A stretch of DNA of 64,000 nucleotides from the NCBI GenBank assembly GCA_027420455.1, contig DAIBJA010000078.1:69669-133668 (forward strand), given 5' to 3'. Both the position numbers and the translations under genes were made by a program. Position 1 is the first letter of the stretch. Each line of letters opens with the position of its first letter. The stretch is from Clostridia bacterium. Its GTDB lineage: Bacteria; Bacillota; Sulfobacillia; JAJZYS01; JAJYTV01. Shown here piece by piece: positions 27,547 to 36,377 of this stretch. The notes under the pieces are model-generated. The model searched no databases. It saw only the letters and a list, made by a program, of their open reading frames with translations, and was not told the DNA's origin.

Positions 27547-27571
27547 CGTGGGCCGACATCTTCGGCCCACG
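27547..27571 (-). terminator. 10-bp hairpin downstream of dedA
   Basis: CGTGGGCCGA-N5-TCGGCCCACG. There is no clear U-tract. Confidence 0.4.
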
Positions 27572-27622
27572 CACTTGCCCGCTAGGAGAGTAGCACGACA
27601 CCGCCCATGAAGAAAGGCCGCG

Positions 27623-28165
27623 CTAGGTCCCGGAAGTCTTGCCGCGCCGGCGCCAGTAGATCCATCCACCAAGCGCCAGCAGGATTGCTGCGACGATGAC
27701 GAACCACGCCCGCTCGAGCCAGGTGATGAGCACTGGCCAGTTCGGTCCCACAAGATATCCCGCGCCAGCCGCCAGAAGCGGCCAGAGCAGGGCGCCGATC
27801 GCTGTGAACAGCACAAACCGGAGGTACGGCATCTCGAATAGGCCCGCGGGATACGAGATCAGGGCCCGGACCCCGGAGATCAGACGTCCGATGAGCAGCG
27901 CGGTGTCGCCACGTTTGCGGAAGAAGGCCTCTGCCTGCGCGAGGCGCACCTCCGTCAGACCGATGCGGGATCCATAGCGCAGGATGAGTTTGCGCCCGCC
28001 CCTGCGGGCGATCCAGTAGGCGATGTTGGCTCCGGTGATCGAACCCAATGCTCCGACGACGATGACCAGCGGCAGAGAGAGCTTCCCTTCTCCGGCCAGC
28101 ACACCCGCGTAGACGAGTGAGGCCTCGCTCGGCGAAGGGATGCCCAGGGACTCCACCAGCAGCAC
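27623..28165 (-). CDS. DedA-family membrane protein
   Basis: LVESLGIPSPSEASLVYAGVLAGEG. Family-conserved residues (IHVYGGIGYPLLYL) continue upstream of the first canonical start, so the true start is uncertain. Confidence 0.8.
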   Translation of the reverse strand: MLLVESLGIPSPSEASLVYAGVLAGEGKLSLPLVIVVGALGSITGANIAYWIARRGGRKLILRYGSRIGLTEVRLAQAEAFFRKRGDTALLIGRLISGVRALISYPAGLFEMPYLRFVLFTAIGALLWPLLAAGAGYLVGPNWPVLITWLERAWFVIVAAILLALGGWIYWRRRGKTSGT

Positions 28166-28439
28166 AAGGTAGAGGAGCGGATAACCGATGCCGCCGTAGA
28201 CGTGTATGGCCCGACCTGCCTCTCCGACCTCCTGCCGGAACCCGAGGCAGGTGCTACCCTCCTTCCGCGATAGACCGGCGGTCAGAAGCCGCCAGCTCCG
28301 TCTTCGCGTCTCCCCTTGTCCATATCATGGTGGCTGCCGCCGGCGACGTAAAGGGTGCGGGGCATCATCCTGGAATGTTAGGATAGAAGGCATCGTTTGC
28401 CCTCTGCACCCCACAGCAGCCTGAAAGGAGGCGTCCAAG

Positions 28440-29327
28440 GTGCAGGATACCCTAGCGCGTGCCACCGCCGAATCCGGCAGGATCCGGGCGATCGCCGTCA
28501 TCGGCACCCGGCTTGTGGAATCCGCCAGGCGTCGCCACGGCACGTTTCCGGTCGCGACCGCCGCGCTCGGCCGCAGCATGATGGGCGCAGTCCTGCTGGC
28601 CACGTCCATGCTCAAGCCGCCCGACCGGCTCACGCTTCGCCTGCTCGGCGACGGCCCGCTCGGCGCGGTCATCGCCGATGCCGACGCCGAGGGTGGCGTG
28701 CGCGGATATGTGCAGAATCCCCTAGTCGCGCTGCCCATCAAGGCGAACGGCAAGCTCGACGTCGGGCGCGCCGTCGGTAAGGGCATGCTCGTCGTGAGCC
28801 GCAGCATGGGCGAGGCCCAACCCTACACCACGACCTCCCCGCTTGTCAGCGGCGAGGTTGGAGACGACATCGCAAGCTATCTTCTCACTTCGGAGCAAGT
28901 GCCTTCCGCGGTCGCCCTGGGGGTGCTCCTGCGTGCCACCGGCACCGTCAAGGCTGCCGGCGGACTGCTGCTGCAGGTGCTGCCCGGCGGCGAGGAGTTC
29001 TCGGCCGAACTCGAGGCGCGCGTCCAGGCACTCGGGGCCATCTCGTCCCGTGTCGAGGTGACGGCTTCGGCGGACGACCTCCTGCGCGATCTCCTCGACG
29101 GCTTCAAGGACGTGCGCATCGCCAAGCCCTCGCCCTTGCGCCTGCGCTGCACCTGCAGCCGGACGCGGGCCAGCCGATCGCTGCTGCTGCTGGGGACGAA
29201 AGCGCTCGACGATCTCGTGGGTGACGGATCCGCTGAGCTCAAGTGCCACTTCTGCGGCCGGACATACCGCTTCGACCTCCCGCAGCTTGAACATCTGCGC
29301 GACGAGGTCTCCGCCCAGCAGGCATAA
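28440..29327 (+). CDS. hslO: Hsp33-family redox chaperone
   Basis: C-terminal zinc centre CTCS...CHFCGRTYRF; GTG start with a GAAAGGAGG RBS. Confidence 0.9.
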   Translation: MQDTLARATAESGRIRAIAVIGTRLVESARRRHGTFPVATAALGRSMMGAVLLATSMLKPPDRLTLRLLGDGPLGAVIADADAEGGVRGYVQNPLVALPIKANGKLDVGRAVGKGMLVVSRSMGEAQPYTTTSPLVSGEVGDDIASYLLTSEQVPSAVALGVLLRATGTVKAAGGLLLQVLPGGEEFSAELEARVQALGAISSRVEVTASADDLLRDLLDGFKDVRIAKPSPLRLRCTCSRTRASRSLLLLGTKALDDLVGDGSAELKCHFCGRTYRFDLPQLEHLRDEVSAQQA

Positions 29328-29329
29328 GC

Positions 29330-29938
29330 TCAAAGCCCCTGCGCGAATCCGCCCAGCGCGACCCGGCGCTCGAGGTCGAGCACCGTAAAGTCAGGTATGC
29401 CGATCCTGACCCAGAGCCGGGACCCGAGCCTGCGATCCAGGATGGCGCCGAGCAGCACCGTGATGATCCGGCCGTGCGACACGAGGGCGATGTCGCCTTC
29501 CTCTACGGCCATGATCTCCGCAAGGCACCGCGTGACGCGGTGCCTTGCCTCGTCATAGGGCTCGAACGCGGGATCCGCCGTGCCATCGAGATAGGCCCCG
29601 ACCCGCTCGCGAAATTCCGCTTGCGGCAGGATGCGCGCTGCGAAGGAGACCTCGCGTAGGCCCGCATGCACAGCGGTCGGGCCGCCTGAAAGGCTCGCCA
29701 TGATGCTGGCCGTCTCCACGGCCTTCGGTTCATCGCTGGTCCAGATCCGCACAGGGCCAAGTCCCACGCGGTGGCCCAGCTCGTACGCCTCCCGCCGTCC
29801 CTGCTCCGACAGCTGCCAGGCGCGAGGTGGCTTCTCCTCATCGATCGTGGGACTCGCATGACGGACGACGTAGAGGCGCCTTGACATCTCGTGGCGACTC
29901 GAAGGCGCTTTGATGGTCGGGAATATCGGTTTTTCCAT
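29330..29938 (-). CDS. Histidine phosphatase (phosphoglycerate mutase-like) family protein
   Basis: RLYVVRHASPT (RHG-type motif) and ALVSHGRIIT. The start MEKPIF is inferred from an AGGAGGAG RBS. Confidence 0.7.
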   Translation of the reverse strand: MEKPIFPTIKAPSSRHEMSRRLYVVRHASPTIDEEKPPRAWQLSEQGRREAYELGHRVGLGPVRIWTSDEPKAVETASIMASLSGGPTAVHAGLREVSFAARILPQAEFRERVGAYLDGTADPAFEPYDEARHRVTRCLAEIMAVEEGDIALVSHGRIITVLLGAILDRRLGSRLWVRIGIPDFTVLDLERRVALGGFAQGL

Positions 29939-30099
29939 TTTACAGGTCTCCTCCTGCGCAACTTCTGCTGGCGCGGCAGCGATCGCACGCGAGCCACGTT
30001 CGACATGTGTCGAGCCTGCGGCTTGACACACGGCCGACGTCTTGTGCAGTCTGGGGAAAAGACCTGGGCGCTCCGGCGCCGCAGCGCGAGGAGCATAGC

Positions 30100-30675
30100 A
30101 TGCGCGGTCATCTCTTCCTTCTCATCGGGCCCAGCGGCAGCGGCAAGACGACCCTGATCCAGGAAGTGCGCAAGGTAAGGCCGGCCGTGCGTTTCATCCC
30201 GACCACCACGACCCGCAAACCACGACCGGGCGAAGAGCACGGGCGCGAGTACTTCTTCGCGACGGACGACGAGTTCGACGCTCTGATCGCCAGGGGCGAC
30301 CTGCTCGAATGGCAGTGGGTGCACAGCAATCGCTACGGTACGTCACGCCATCGCTTCGAGGAGGCGATCGAAGGCGGCGTGTTGGGCATCACATCGATCG
30401 ACGTGCTGGGCGGCGTCACCGTCAAGTCGGCGTTCCCCGACGACAGCACGTCGATTTTCGTGCGCCCCTCGTCGCCCGAGGAGCTCAGACGACGCCTGAT
30501 CGCCCGCGGCGACACGCCGGGCGAGGATCTGGAGCGGCGCATGGAGCGCGTCGAGATGGAGTTCGCGCAGCAGGGCCGGTGCGACGCTGTCGTGACGAAC
30601 GACGACGGTCACCTCGCCGTCGCCCTTGAACAGCTTCTCGAGATCATGGCGCCCTATCTGCACGACCTGGGCTAG
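30100..30675 (+). CDS. gmk: Guanylate kinase
   Basis: GPSGSGKTTL P-loop, TTTRKPRPGEEHGREYFF, NRYGTS. The internal ATG at 30100 is preferred. Confidence 0.85.
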   Translation: MRGHLFLLIGPSGSGKTTLIQEVRKVRPAVRFIPTTTTRKPRPGEEHGREYFFATDDEFDALIARGDLLEWQWVHSNRYGTSRHRFEEAIEGGVLGITSIDVLGGVTVKSAFPDDSTSIFVRPSSPEELRRRLIARGDTPGEDLERRMERVEMEFAQQGRCDAVVTNDDGHLAVALEQLLEIMAPYLHDLG

Positions 30676-31646
30676 GGCACCAGGAGGCCGATGGCCCGCT
30701 TGACCGAGTCGAGCATGGGCCCAGCTTCCGCGTGCGCATGGCTACGCCCGCGCTCAAGCGCCTCGTCGATTTCCGTAGGACTCGCGAGCAGTTCGAGCAC
30801 GCGCTCGCGCAGCGGGCGGACGGCACCAATCACGATGTCGGCCACCGCGCCCTTGAAGGCGCCGTAGCCCTTGTCCCGGTAACGGGCGGCGAGGTCCTCC
30901 ACCGCTTCCCCGCCCAGGGTTGCGGCGATCTCGAGCAGGTTCGAGATGCCGGGTTTCTCGTCGGGATCGTAGTAGACCTCGCGGCCGGAATCGGTCACCG
31001 CGGTCATGATCTTCTTGCGGATGACATCGTCGCCGTCGGTGAGGAGAATCTTGCTGTTCGGATCAGGATCGGACTTCGACATCTTCTCCTGGGGATTGCG
31101 CAGAGACAGAACGCGCGCCCCCACCTCGGAGATGCGGGGCTCGGGGACCGTGAAGACGGGCCCGTAGCGGCTGTTGAAACGCAGCGCCAGGTCGCGCGTC
31201 AGTTCGATGTGCTGCTTCTGGTCCTCCCCGACCGGCACCTCGTGCACACCGTAGAGCAGGATGTCCGCGGCCATCAGCAGCGGGTAGGCGAAGAGCCCCA
31301 CTGAGACGTCCTGCCTGCCCCTCCCTTTGGACTTGTACTGCGTCATGCGACTCAGCTCGCCCATGCGTCCGAGGCACGTGAGGATCCAGCTGAGCTCCGC
31401 ATGCTCCGGTACCTGGCTCTGCAAGAAGACGCGGGACGGCTCGCCGAGACCGAGCGCGAGCAGGTGGGCCGCCGTCGAGCGGCTATTGCGCAGCATCTCG
31501 GCCGGATCCCAGGGCATCGTCATGCTGTGGAGGTCCACGACGCAATAGTAGGAGCCGCTCTCCGGCTTCCAGTTGCGCAGGGCGCCAATATAGTTGCCAA
31601 GGTGGATCTCGCCAGTGGGCTGGATACCGGAAAACGCCTTAGCCAA
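30672..31646 (-). CDS. trpS: Tryptophan--tRNA ligase
   Basis: The HIGH region reads FSGIQPTGEIHLGNY and the second signature is KMSKS. A TTG start at 31646 (RBS AGGAGAGG) gives MAKAFSGIQ; the ATG at 31682 is the alternative. Confidence 0.9.
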   Translation of the reverse strand: MAKAFSGIQPTGEIHLGNYIGALRNWKPESGSYYCVVDLHSMTMPWDPAEMLRNSRSTAAHLLALGLGEPSRVFLQSQVPEHAELSWILTCLGRMGELSRMTQYKSKGRGRQDVSVGLFAYPLLMAADILLYGVHEVPVGEDQKQHIELTRDLALRFNSRYGPVFTVPEPRISEVGARVLSLRNPQEKMSKSDPDPNSKILLTDGDDVIRKKIMTAVTDSGREVYYDPDEKPGISNLLEIAATLGGEAVEDLAARYRDKGYGAFKGAVADIVIGAVRPLRERVLELLASPTEIDEALERGRSHAHAEAGPMLDSVKRAIGLLVP

Positions 31647-31711
31647 TGTTTCCTCTCCTAACGCTCCACACTTAGCCTCCATGATAGACTTGCCTCGCGG
31701 AGGTGTGAAAC

Positions 31712-32056
31712 TTGCATGCCTTGTTCTTCTGGTACCCTGGCTGAACGTCCTGCCGCAAGGCGAGGGCGGAGCTCTCGCAAAGAGGGTTCGCGGTAACGGA
31801 GCGGCGGCTGCCCAAGGAGGCGCCTGACCGCGAAGAACTGCGTCAGATGGCGACTCTCCTCCCGGGCGGCGTGCGGGACCTCGTCGCGCTGCGCGGCCAG
31901 CACTGGCGCGCCCAGGGGGTAGACCTCGCTAGCCTGCCGGATGAAGAAGTGCTCGCTCGCCTGCTCGACGATCCGCTGTCGCTGCGGCGTCCGCTCCTCT
32001 GGTTGCCCGGGCGTCTGCTCCTGGGCTACAGCGCGGAGAGCTACCGCGACCTTTGA
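31712..32056 (+). CDS. Spx/MgsR/ArsC-family protein with an in-frame TGA at the first Cys position of CXXC (selenocysteine candidate or nonsense pseudogene)
   Basis: TTG start at 31712 with a GGAGGTG RBS 6 nt upstream. Translation is MHALFFWYPG-TGA(31742)-TSCRKARAELSQRGFAVTERRLPKEAPDREELRQ...LSLRRPLLWLPGRLLLGYSAESYRDL. This aligns with the Spx/MgsR pattern Y..PSCTSCRKA...LLRRPI...GYN. Confidence 0.6.
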
Positions 32057-32207
32057 CGCACCGTGGACGCGGCGTCGCCCTCCCTCTGGGCAAGACAAGC
32101 GTAAAAGGGTGCCCTTGGCACGACGGCGAAACATCAAGCATGATCATAACCACAGAGCGGATGAAGGTGCGAGCCCCAAAGCCTTCAACACCGCGAAAGG
32201 AACGTTC

Positions 32208-33404
32208 GTGACCGCGTGGCCCAGGCCGCGCGGTCCTGTGCTGTCGCTGGCCGTTGCCCGGTTCTTCGGCGCCATCGCGAGCTACATGGTCCTGCCCTTC
32301 ATCGCCGTCCGCCTGACCGAGGCGGGCACGGGGCTGGCGGTCGCTGGCATCGTTGCCGGCGTCGGTCCGCTGGTGCGCGTCCTCGCGGGTGCCCTCGGGG
32401 GCCTCGCCGCAGACCACCTCGGGCGCCGCAGGACGATGCTGCTCGGCAACGCCATCTCCGTCGTGGCCATGGCCGGCTTCGCCTTCTCGCACGGCGCCCT
32501 CGCCTACGCCCTGCTGAACGGCCTGAACGGCCTCGCGCGCGCTGTAGCGGGCCCGGCGCAACAGGCCGCGATCGCCGATGTCACATCGCCCGAGGAGCGC
32601 AGAGAGGCCTACGCCTACGTCCGCGTGGCGATGAACGTCGGTGCCGCCATCGGCCCGTTCCTGGGCGCCTTCTTCGTGCTCGGCCACGCGAGGCTCGTCT
32701 TCCTCGGGGCAGCGCTCGCGAGCCTCCTCGTCGTCGCCCTCCTCTTCGTCACGGTGCCGGAAACGGGGCGACAGCTGCGCCAGGTTACGAACCGGGAGGC
32801 CATGCGCCGCATCGGGTCCGACACTGCCCTCTGGCTCTACGTGCTGGGCGGATCGATGCAGCTCGGCGTCTACATGGTCATCGAGACCATCTTCCCAGCC
32901 TATCTGCGCGGCGCCGTCCCCGGCGGACTCGAGCTATACGCCCTCATGACCCTGGTGAACACGGCCCTGGTGGCCTTGCTCCAGATCCCCCTCAACCGCT
33001 GGCTGCGCAGCATCGGCACAGGAACGGGTTTCGCCCTGGGCCTCGCATTCTTCGCCGCCGCCTATCTCGGCATCGCCTATCTGCGCAGCCCTGTGGCCCT
33101 CATCCTCACCATGGTCGTCTTCACCGCCGGCGAGATGATGGTATTCGTCGTCCTGCCCGCCTACGAAGCGGCCCTGGGCGACGAGGCCGTGCGGGGACGC
33201 ACCTTCGGCGCCCTGAGCGTCAAGAACGCAGGCGCGGCGCTCGGTCCCCTCGTCGTGGGCGGGCTCCTTCAGCTCGGTGGCCCGCACCTCGCCTTCCCGG
33301 CCGTATCGGCGATCGCTCTCTGTGCAGGGCTCATCCTGGTATGGTCGGTGCATCTCAGGGAGCGGCACGCCGCGGAGCCTCGCCAGGAAAGCTCGGCCGT
33401 ATGA
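32208..33404 (+). CDS. MFS transporter (12-TMS type)
   Basis: Polytopic protein with a DHLGRRRTMLLG loop motif. The GTG start at 32208 is inferred (GAAAGGA RBS). Confidence 0.8.
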   Translation: MTAWPRPRGPVLSLAVARFFGAIASYMVLPFIAVRLTEAGTGLAVAGIVAGVGPLVRVLAGALGGLAADHLGRRRTMLLGNAISVVAMAGFAFSHGALAYALLNGLNGLARAVAGPAQQAAIADVTSPEERREAYAYVRVAMNVGAAIGPFLGAFFVLGHARLVFLGAALASLLVVALLFVTVPETGRQLRQVTNREAMRRIGSDTALWLYVLGGSMQLGVYMVIETIFPAYLRGAVPGGLELYALMTLVNTALVALLQIPLNRWLRSIGTGTGFALGLAFFAAAYLGIAYLRSPVALILTMVVFTAGEMMVFVVLPAYEAALGDEAVRGRTFGALSVKNAGAALGPLVVGGLLQLGGPHLAFPAVSAIALCAGLILVWSVHLRERHAAEPRQESSAV

Positions 33405-33453
33405 GCGATCCCGGGCTACCGCTGCATCGTGCTCCGGCGCTTCTCCCAGGGTA

Positions 33454-33780
33454 TCATCTCATGCACGCAATCGCGTCGCTGCCCCTCATGCCCACCGTGA
33501 CGCCCAGCGCCTCGGCCGCCGGGGTCACGGACTCCATCGGAGCCGCGAGGAGTTCCTCGATGTTGCGGACGCCGACGGCCCTGGCCGCGACGATCTCCCG
33601 CCCGCGCAGTCTGGTCGACAGGAGAGCGACGTCGAGCGCGCCGCACATCAGGAAGCCCTTGTCCGTCGTGACCACCACGAGGCGGGTGCGCGGGAGTTCC
33701 ACCTCGATGCCAACCGCTGTTCCGCCATCGATCGCCACGGGCCGCATGAACACCAAGCCCGCCACCTCCCGCCATGGCAT
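33454..33780 (-). CDS. DUF1805 (YunC-like) protein
   Basis: LVVVTTDKGFLMCGALDVALL...AARAVGVRNIEELL. Confidence 0.7.
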   Translation of the reverse strand: MPWREVAGLVFMRPVAIDGGTAVGIEVELPRTRLVVVTTDKGFLMCGALDVALLSTRLRGREIVAARAVGVRNIEELLAAPMESVTPAAEALGVTVGMRGSDAIACMR

Positions 33781-33821
33781 ATGCGGCGGCGAGGCAGCGG
33801 GCCAGTCTTGCTGCGCGGATT

Positions 33822-34679
33822 TCAGCCGAGGGTCGCGTGGGCGATCTGGTCGAGACGCTCGAGGTAGAGCTCCTGGAGTCGCATGGTGACGGGGCCCGGT
33901 TCCCCGTCACCCACCTTCCGGCCGTCGATCTCGACGATCGGCATGACGAACGACGTGGTGCTCGTGATGAACACCTCGTCCATCTGCATCAGTTCCTCGG
34001 CCGAGGCGAAGCGTTCGGCGACAGGCATCTTCTCCGCCTGCGCGAGTTCCAGCACGACGCCGCGCACGATGCCGGAGAGGATCCAGTTGCTTGCCGGCGC
34101 GGTCACGATGCTGCCCTGGTGCACCATCCAGATGTTCGTCGCGGAGCCTTCCGTCACGCCCACGCCGGCCCGCACCTGGAGTGCCTCGCGCACGCCGCGG
34201 TTCGCGGCCTGCTGACGGGCGAGCACGTTCGGCAGCAGCGACACGGACTTGATGTCGCACCTGAGCCAGCGCAGGTCTGGCACCGTGATCGCCTTGACTC
34301 CGTGCTGCAGGGCACCCTGGTCCACGGGCGCATCCTTGAGGTAGGCTATCACCGTCGGCTGCACCACCGCGGGGAACCGGTGGTCGCGAGGCGCGACGCC
34401 GCGTGTCACCTGCAGGTAAAGCGCCGCCTGCTTCACCTCGGCGCGATGGAGGAGCTCCTCGGTGACGGCGCGAATCTCGGAGCGCGTGAACGGGAGATCG
34501 AGCTCGATCGCCTGGGCGGAGCGCTCGAGACGCTCGAGATGGCGGTCGAGATCGACGAACTGGCCGCCCCAGACGAGCGCCACTTCGTAAACGCCATCGG
34601 CGAACTGGAGTCCGCGCTCATCCACAGGCAGGAGCGCCTGCGAGTAGTCGAGATACTTGCCGTTCAGGTAGATCAGCAT
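33822..34679 (-). CDS. Class IV aminotransferase (D-amino-acid / branched-chain type)
   Basis: MLIYLNGKYLDYSQALLPVDERGLQFADGVYEV, DIKSVSLLPNVLA, FITSTTSFVMPIVEIDG. Internal ATG at 34679 with a GGAAGGAAGGA RBS. Confidence 0.85.
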   Translation of the reverse strand: MLIYLNGKYLDYSQALLPVDERGLQFADGVYEVALVWGGQFVDLDRHLERLERSAQAIELDLPFTRSEIRAVTEELLHRAEVKQAALYLQVTRGVAPRDHRFPAVVQPTVIAYLKDAPVDQGALQHGVKAITVPDLRWLRCDIKSVSLLPNVLARQQAANRGVREALQVRAGVGVTEGSATNIWMVHQGSIVTAPASNWILSGIVRGVVLELAQAEKMPVAERFASAEELMQMDEVFITSTTSFVMPIVEIDGRKVGDGEPGPVTMRLQELYLERLDQIAHATLG

Positions 34680-34728
34680 CTGACGTATCCTTCCTTCCTG
34701 AGCTTGCGGCCGGAGGTGCCTACGCGAA

Positions 34729-35460
34729 ATGTCCCTGTGCCTTGTCACCGGAGCCACCGGCGCGATCGGCACCGCCATCGCTCGGCGCTTGGCCCTTCCC
34801 GGCAACACGATCGTCCTGCACTATCACATGCATCGAGAAGAGATCGATGCACTCGCCGCGCAAATTACTGCGCTTGGCGCAGGGGCCATCCCTGTAGAGG
34901 GCGATCTGCGGGACCTCCGAGCCGTCGACGGCCTTGTCCAACGGGTAATGGACGAGGTCGGCACGCCGCACGCTGTGGTGCATGCGGCAGGTACCAGTCA
35001 GTTCGCCCTTTTGCAAGACCTTCCCTTGTCCGAGTGGCGAAACTTGCAGGATGTCCATCTTGGTTCCGCCTACCGCCTTCTCCATGCCTTCCTGCCTGGC
35101 ATGATCGAGCGGCACTACGGCAGGTTCGTACTGATCGGATCGGTCTACGGCGAGCGCGGCGGAGCGATGGAAGCTGGCTACGCTGCCGCCAAGGCGGGCT
35201 ATTCCGCCTTGGCGCGCGCCACCCTGGGCGAGGTGGGGCGCAGCGGCGTGACGGTCAACGTCGTGGCGCCCGGAGCCATCGATACGCCGATGCTCGCCCG
35301 CCTTAGCGACCAGGAGCGCCAGGAACTGAGGGCCCAGATCCCCCTCGGCAGACTCGGCCGCCCCGAAGAGGTTGCCGCAGCTGTCGCCTTCCTGCTCTCG
35401 CCGCCGGCGGGTTACATCAGCGGCTGCACGCTGCGTGTGGACGGCGGCTACTCGATATAG
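34729..35460 (+). CDS. SDR-family oxidoreductase (FabG-like)
   Basis: VTGATGAIGTAIA, YAAAKAG, VNVVAPGAIDTPM. Confidence 0.85.
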   Translation: MSLCLVTGATGAIGTAIARRLALPGNTIVLHYHMHREEIDALAAQITALGAGAIPVEGDLRDLRAVDGLVQRVMDEVGTPHAVVHAAGTSQFALLQDLPLSEWRNLQDVHLGSAYRLLHAFLPGMIERHYGRFVLIGSVYGERGGAMEAGYAAAKAGYSALARATLGEVGRSGVTVNVVAPGAIDTPMLARLSDQERQELRAQIPLGRLGRPEEVAAAVAFLLSPPAGYISGCTLRVDGGYSI

Positions 35461-36017
35461 CGGGTGATTTCCTGAAGCGGCCTACGCTTCCAATCGGGCG
35501 GAATCTCCTCGGGGTGACCGAGCAGGAGGCAGCAGGTGATCTCTTCGCCATCCCTGCAGCCGAGAAAGCTGCGCACGGCCTCTTTGCGGGTAAGTTGGCC
35601 CGTGTTCCAGCGCACCCCAACCTCACGTTCCCATGCGACGAGCTGCAGCGCATAGGCCGCCATCATGCAGGAGGCGTAATCCTCCTGGCGGCGCTTCTCG
35701 TCCTCGACCACCGCCTGCAAGACGTAGACGACAGCCGCCGCATCCTCCACCTCGGCCCGGATGGCCGCGAGATCGCCAACGGGCTTGCCGTCCTTCGCGG
35801 CGCGCTGACGCTGCAGTTCCACGCGGAGATCGGCCAGCCGAGAGATCGCCTGCCCACGCACGACGACGAACCGCCATGGCTGCGTATGCTTGTGGTTCGG
35901 GGCATGCGAGGCCATCTCGAGCATCTCCTCGATCAGGCCGTCAGGAAGCGGACCCGGACGAAAACGGTAGACCGTGCGGCGCTGCCGCACGGCCTCCGCG
36001 ACAGGATGAGACTCCAT
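35448..36017 (-). CDS. Nitroreductase-family protein
   Basis: RRTVYRFRP...APNHKHTQPWRFVVV. Confidence 0.8.
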   Translation of the reverse strand: MESHPVAEAVRQRRTVYRFRPGPLPDGLIEEMLEMASHAPNHKHTQPWRFVVVRGQAISRLADLRVELQRQRAAKDGKPVGDLAAIRAEVEDAAAVVYVLQAVVEDEKRRQEDYASCMMAAYALQLVAWEREVGVRWNTGQLTRKEAVRSFLGCRDGEEITCCLLLGHPEEIPPDWKRRPLQEITRYIE

Positions 36018-36370
36018 TATTCCAGCATGCCTCCAGCAATGAAGGTGCGCCGACGCAGCCGCCCGCCTTCGCCGCGCCCAACCCGAAGCAGTCCAATTTC
36101 AAGGGTACCCTCGCCACGCTCGACGCTGCGGCGGACACGGCTGATCGTGGCGGTGGATGCTCCGGTGACCTGAGCGATCATCTCATAGGTGCTGCCCTCA
36201 AGAAGCTGAGCCGCGACTTCCACCCGCTGCGCCGCGTCCCGGAGCTCGCCAGGGGTCCACACCTCGCGCAACAGGTTCTCGAGCTCCCGTGGATCCCGGC
36301 ATGAAGCCACGACCCGCGTCAACAGCTCGAGATTGTAGGCGCGAAACCCGTCCTCCGTCATCCTAACCAC
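36017..36370 (-). CDS. yerC: YerC/YecD-family TrpR-related protein
   Basis: LLREVWTPGELRDAAQRVEVAAQLLEGSTYEMIAQVTGASTATISRVRRSV. Confidence 0.8.
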   Translation of the reverse strand: MVRMTEDGFRAYNLELLTRVVASCRDPRELENLLREVWTPGELRDAAQRVEVAAQLLEGSTYEMIAQVTGASTATISRVRRSVERGEGTLEIGLLRVGRGEGGRLRRRTFIAGGMLE

Positions 36371-36377
36371 CCCTCTT

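Noticed and set aside
31647-31940. Possible T-box leader upstream of trpS, as expected in Bacillus-like genomes. The minus strand contains GTTACCGCG and GGTACCAG, which are reminiscent of the T-box core.
   Set aside because: Only 65 nt separate trpS from the divergent spx-like gene. The partial matches lie inside that gene's coding sequence. The UGG needed for tRNA acceptor pairing is absent, and so are stem I elements and a terminator/antiterminator pair.
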